Positions 59,815 to 64,000 of a stretch of DNA of 64,000 nucleotides are shown piece by piece. Below the pieces are notes generated by a model, which saw only the letters and a list, made by a program, of their open reading frames with translations, was not told where the DNA came from and did no database searches. The translations under genes were made by a program, and so were the position numbers. This DNA is from Dehalococcoidia bacterium (GTDB lineage Bacteria; Chloroflexota; Dehalococcoidia; Plut-88900), in contig OZ240215.1 in assembly GCA_965197585.1 (NCBI GenBank), forward strand, positions 3,008,001 through 3,072,000, given 5' to 3'. How positions within the stretch are numbered: the first letter of the stretch is position 1; each line of letters opens with the position of its first letter.

Positions 59815-61284
59815 ATGGTAGGCACGAAGGGCTCACGGAGCCAGCAGATACGGAGCAGCCTGAAGCATCCGATAGTCGATGCTGATGGGCATATGCTGGA
59901 ACTTACCCCCGTGCTCTCGGACTACGTGTGCCAGGTGGGCGGCGCCGACGCCCGCGACCTGTTCGATAAGTCGATGGAAGGGGCTGCGGAGACGGGCAAT
60001 GCCGCTCTCGAAAATGGGAAGACGTGGTTCGAGATGACCCTGGAGGAGAAGAAGGAGGAGTGGGCGTCGGCACTGCCATGGTGGGCCATGCCTACCCGCA
60101 GCGCGCTGGACCGGGCCACGGCCACGGTGCCCAGGGTCCTCAACGACCGGATGGACGAGCTGGGTCTCGACTATGCGGTGCTTTACACCACCACGGGGCT
60201 TGCGTTCGACCGGATAGAGCCGCAGGAGCAGAGGCTCATCGTGTGCCGGGCCATAAACGCTTACGCAGCGGACCTTTACGGGCCGTACTCGCGCCGGATG
60301 ACGCCCGCCGCCATCGTGCCCATGGACACGCCGGAGATAGCCATCCGGGAGATGGAATACGCGGTCAACGAGCTAGGGTTGAAGGTGATCATGCTGCCGG
60401 GCCGCGTGGAGCGGCCAATTGCCAAGTACCGGGATGAGTACCCGGGCGCCGAGCGGTACATCCGGAAGATGGACGTGATCGGGTTGGACAGCGACTATGA
60501 CTACGATCCGTTCTGGAAGCGGTGCCAGGAGTTGAAGATGGTGCCCGCGTCCCACGGCAGCGATGCCGGATGGGGCGCCGTGAGCGTATCCAACTACGTT
60601 TTTAGTCACCTTAGCTCGTTTGCATACGCCCACGAGACGTTCTGCAAGGCGCTGTTCCTTGGCGGGGTGACGAAGCGGTTCCCGGGTCTGAACTTCATGT
60701 TCCTGGAAGGTGGTGTGGCCTGGGCATGCAACCTGTACTCGGACCTGATAGGACACTGGGAGAAGCGGAACGGGAAAGAGATTGGGAGGCTGGACCCCCG
60801 GAACTTGGACATCGAACTGGCTATGGAGCTGGCTCGGGAGTACGGCGAGGGCCGAATATTGGCCCACCTGGACGAGGTGCGGGCCAATTTCGCAGCGCCC
60901 CGCCCCACCCCTCCCAACACCGATGATTGGTCTCACGTTCCCATGGAAAGTGTCGAGGACATGCTGGACCTGTTCGTCGAGCCCTTCTACTTCGGATGCG
61001 AAGCCGACGACCCAATGAACGCGTGGGCCTTTGACTCGAAGGTTAATCCGATGGGGGCCAAGTTGAAGGCGGTGTTCAGCTCGGATATCGGGCACTGGGA
61101 CGTGCCGGACATGCTGGGGGTGGTGGAGGAGGCCTACGAGATGCTGGAGCACGACCTTATGACCGAGGAGGACTTCAGGGCCTTCGTGTTCGAAAACGTG
61201 GTGAAGATGTATGGGGAGGTGAACCCGGACTTTTTCAAGGGCACGGTGGTGGAGTCGGAGGCTGCGAGGGTTTTGCATGGTTAG
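59815..61284 (+). CDS. Amidohydrolase family protein, copy 2
   Basis: IVDADGH, YDPFW, FLEGGVAW, FSSDIGHWD. Confidence 0.93.
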   Translation: MVGTKGSRSQQIRSSLKHPIVDADGHMLELTPVLSDYVCQVGGADARDLFDKSMEGAAETGNAALENGKTWFEMTLEEKKEEWASALPWWAMPTRSALDRATATVPRVLNDRMDELGLDYAVLYTTTGLAFDRIEPQEQRLIVCRAINAYAADLYGPYSRRMTPAAIVPMDTPEIAIREMEYAVNELGLKVIMLPGRVERPIAKYRDEYPGAERYIRKMDVIGLDSDYDYDPFWKRCQELKMVPASHGSDAGWGAVSVSNYVFSHLSSFAYAHETFCKALFLGGVTKRFPGLNFMFLEGGVAWACNLYSDLIGHWEKRNGKEIGRLDPRNLDIELAMELAREYGEGRILAHLDEVRANFAAPRPTPPNTDDWSHVPMESVEDMLDLFVEPFYFGCEADDPMNAWAFDSKVNPMGAKLKAVFSSDIGHWDVPDMLGVVEEAYEMLEHDLMTEEDFRAFVFENVVKMYGEVNPDFFKGTVVESEAARVLHG

Positions 61285-62782
61285 CACGAAGCCGTCCCGG
61301 AGCCAGGAGATACGGAGCCGGGTGGGGCACCCGATCATCGACTCCGACGGGCATACGCTGGAGGTCATGCCCCTGGTTGTGGAGTTCGTGGGGGAGGTCG
61401 GTGGAGCGAAGATGAAGAAGCGGTATGAGGAAGGGCTGGCCCAGGCGGTCGGTGTCCACTGGCACGAGATGTCGCAGGAGCAGCGTAACTATGAGTTCGT
61501 TACGGCGCCCGGATGGTGGTTCGAATCGCCCAAGACGCTAGACAGGGTAACTGCGACGATTCCGAAGCTGCTGCACTCCAGGATGGACGAGATCGGGATA
61601 GACTACGCAGTGCTGTACCCAACGCAGGGGCTCTTCTTCGATCGGATACCGGACCCCGAGGTGCGGCAGGCCGGGTGTCGGGGGCTCAACGCTTACCTGG
61701 CCGAGATATACCGACCCTACGCCGACAGGATGACACCGGCGGCTGCTATTCCAATGCAGACACCGGAGATGGCGATAGAGGAGCTGGAGTATGCCGTCGA
61801 CGTGCTTGGGCTGAAGGTTGCGATGATCGAGGGCCGGGCGATGAGGCCGCTGATCAAGGTGGAGAGGGAGTTCCCGGAGCTTGGCAACGTGGGCCGGAGG
61901 ATGGACCTCCTGACCATAGACAGCGACTATGACTACGACCCGTTCTGGGCCAAGTGTGTCGAACTGAACGTGGCCCCTGCTTCCCACGCCGCGAACATGG
62001 GCTGGGGCACCCGCTCAACCTCCAACTACATGTACAACCACCTTAACACCTTCTCCGTGGCCCACGAGTCGCTGGCGAAGGCGCTGTTCCTGGGTGGGGT
62101 GACCAAGCGGTTCCCGGAGCTCAGAGTGGCGTTCCTGGAGGGGGGAGTCGGGTGGGCGTGCAGGCTGTTCTCTGACATCATCGGGCACTGGGAGAAGCGG
62201 GGCGCAGTCGGAATAAGGCAACTCGACCCCCGGCACCTCGACGTTGAAGCGGTGATGGGATTCATTGCGGAGAAGGGTGAGCCGTCCCAAAAGGCTCGGA
62301 TGGAAGAGATACGGAAATTGTACGTAGTCGGTGAGCCGGCGCCGGAAGAAATCGACGACTTTTCCCGGGTCCCGATGGAGCGGCCCGAGGAGATGCTCGA
62401 CCTGTTCGTGGATCGGTTCTTCTTCGGCTGCGAGGCGGATGACCCGATGAACGCGCATGCGTTCAACACGAAGGTCAACCCGATGGGAGCGAAGCTAAGG
62501 GCGATATTCAGCTCGGACATCGGGCACTGGGACGTGTCGGACGTCCGGGAGGTCGTCGAGGAGGCCTACGAGCTGGTGGAGCATGAGTTGATGACCGACC
62601 AGGACTTCCGGGACTTCACCTTCACCAATGCGGCACACTTCTACGGGGACATGAACCCGGACTTTTTCAAGGGGACGGTTGTGGAGGAGGAGGTGGGGAG
62701 GGAGTTGGGGGGTGGGGGGATGTCCCCACCACCTCTGGATTCCTGCGAAAATAGGAATGATGCTAGTAGAGAATTATGTTGA
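61277..62782 (+). CDS. Amidohydrolase family protein, copy 3
   Basis: IIDSDGH, YDPFWAKC, FLEGGVGW, FSSDIGHWD; C-terminus runs into REP-like sequence. Confidence 0.93.
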   Translation: MVSTKPSRSQEIRSRVGHPIIDSDGHTLEVMPLVVEFVGEVGGAKMKKRYEEGLAQAVGVHWHEMSQEQRNYEFVTAPGWWFESPKTLDRVTATIPKLLHSRMDEIGIDYAVLYPTQGLFFDRIPDPEVRQAGCRGLNAYLAEIYRPYADRMTPAAAIPMQTPEMAIEELEYAVDVLGLKVAMIEGRAMRPLIKVEREFPELGNVGRRMDLLTIDSDYDYDPFWAKCVELNVAPASHAANMGWGTRSTSNYMYNHLNTFSVAHESLAKALFLGGVTKRFPELRVAFLEGGVGWACRLFSDIIGHWEKRGAVGIRQLDPRHLDVEAVMGFIAEKGEPSQKARMEEIRKLYVVGEPAPEEIDDFSRVPMERPEEMLDLFVDRFFFGCEADDPMNAHAFNTKVNPMGAKLRAIFSSDIGHWDVSDVREVVEEAYELVEHELMTDQDFRDFTFTNAAHFYGDMNPDFFKGTVVEEEVGRELGGGGMSPPPLDSCENRNDASRELC

Positions 62783-63005
62783 TCGTAATGGTGGCGGTGC
62801 TCACGCGCATGTCATCTGAGGGCACTTGGGTAAGCCTCGGCTTTCCGCACTGGTCGGCTTTCCATGGATGCGTTTATACCGATCTGCCCCCCACAGTCCT
62901 AGGCGGTTAATGCCAAGTTGTGACCTCACTAGTGTGTTGCTATGATGTGGCCTGTATTTCCTGCCAACTCGGTGAGGACTAGAAAAGAGAGTGAAGGAGC
63001 GAGTT

Positions 63006-63281
63006 ATGGTGGCAGAGATTCGTTATCTCACCTTGGACGAGAAGATGAATGGGATATTGGAGGAGCGCATCTTTAAGTATGAAGATCGCTACGAAATGTC
63101 CTCCTGTGAGATGGCTAAGGCTCTGTCAAACGGCACTGAGAGAGAGACGGCGGAGAAGTTGAGGTGGATGTTCGACTATCACGCTCTGGAATACATCCGA
63201 AAACAGATCCACACGAGCGGAACAATTGGGATAACTACAAGTTCATCCATGAGAAGCGGCTTGCCGAACACCCATTTGTAG
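63006..63281 (+). CDS. Putative antitoxin (TumA-like)
   Basis: AAGGAG RBS; RIFKYEDRYEMSS...W pattern. Confidence 0.55.
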   Translation: MVAEIRYLTLDEKMNGILEERIFKYEDRYEMSSCEMAKALSNGTERETAEKLRWMFDYHALEYIRKQIHTSGTIGITTSSSMRSGLPNTHL

Positions 63282-63697
63282 ACCCGTGCAAGCCCCATAC
63301 TCTCCAGTACTACGAGAGTAGCCACAACACTACCGTTGTCGAAGGGTACGTGTTCTGTAAACAGGGTGTCGTCCTCGAAGTAGAGAAAAGGCTTGAAAAG
63401 ACAATTGTGGCGGGCAGGGCACAAGTCCGCGGATTGCAATATCGTTACGTAGCGTGGATTCCGCGGGACTCGTCACCCAGAGGGACACCAATTTTACGCT
63501 ATCACAACATTCACGAACGTGACGATGACTATCATCACCGGGTGTTTAATCCCCAAACGGGCGAGCAAATTCTCTACGAGAAGCTGGAACGGTCCCAGTT
63601 CCCCGTGATGAGTGACATCCTCAATGAAATAGCAGTCATTCTAGAATGCTATCCGGTAGAGCATGTTCTATGCTCCGATAGTGTGCCCGATCATTAA
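63164..63697 (+). CDS. Putative toxin (TumE/DUF6516-like); start uncertain
   Basis: YRYVAW...PILRYHNIH...HHR motif; overlaps the upstream small gene. Confidence 0.55.
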   Translation: MDVRLSRSGIHPKTDPHERNNWDNYKFIHEKRLAEHPFVDPCKPHTLQYYESSHNTTVVEGYVFCKQGVVLEVEKRLEKTIVAGRAQVRGLQYRYVAWIPRDSSPRGTPILRYHNIHERDDDYHHRVFNPQTGEQILYEKLERSQFPVMSDILNEIAVILECYPVEHVLCSDSVPDH

Positions 63698-63860
63698 AGA
63701 AATCCGCTCCTCAAAGTCTCTCCCCTGCCCCCTTGCCACAGCCTCACTTTGAACCGATATTAGTCGATTTAGATCCATGCTTTATAATGCAAAATAACCT
63801 TTAGCAGGATTGGATTCGCCCCTACGCGGAACGGGGACAAAAGGCCAGGAGGAACGGACA

Positions 63861-64000
63861 ATGGTAACTACTAGATCTTCCCGGAGCCAGGAGATACGGA
63901 GCAAGGTGGGCCACCCGATAATCGACTCGGATGGGCACACCCTGGAGCTGTCGCCCGTGCTCTCGGACTACGTATATGAGCAGGGCGGCGCCGACGCCCG
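63861..64000 (+). CDS. Amidohydrolase family protein, copy 4 (truncated by window edge)
   Basis: AGGAGG RBS; MVTTRSSRSQEIRSKVGHPIIDSDGHTLEL. Confidence 0.9.
   Translation, partial: MVTTRSSRSQEIRSKVGHPIIDSDGHTLELSPVLSDYVYEQGGADA

Overview
A ~60% GC bacterial chromosome segment that contains the probable replication origin (dnaA - AT-rich gap - obgE - nadD, convergent gyrB). This gene order, TGnTATAAT promoters, paired luciferase-like monooxygenases and tandem amidohydrolases suggest Chloroflexota, class Dehalococcoidia (SAR202-like). The plant-type LRR lipoprotein hints at a sponge-associated lineage (inference). Housekeeping genes: fmt, ruvA, ruvC, yebC, rimM, khpA, rpsP, pstSCAB-phoU, pcrA, pheS. 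Accessory content: an RsbV/RsbU/RsbW-like partner switch, an ATP-grasp/amt/alpha-E operon, a MerR cassette, hicAB, a TumA/TumE-like pair, an IS481-family element and many REP-like palindromes. The most unusual signal is a dispersed 1.0-1.3 kb element present three times (about 14.1-15.4 kb +, 26.1-27.3 kb -, 53.9-54.9 kb -). Each copy has a conserved TTGACY-N18-TATATT promoter with a LexA-box-like spacer, a hairpin leader, AAGGAG plus ATG, and an ORF I do not recognise, whose frame survives many indels, some of them in-frame REP palindromes. Other unusual architectures: a Swt1-type HEPN RNase with a DnaX(tau)-like C-terminus, a CoiA-like nuclease fused to PcrA, an NCS2 permease with an RsbW-like tail, a degenerate GGDEF-RHH protein heading the pst operon, a PhoU-DUF47 fusion, and divergent DnaA domain IV and ObgE G-motifs. 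No rRNA, tRNA or CRISPR array was seen. All family calls come from motif recognition by eye, with no database searches.
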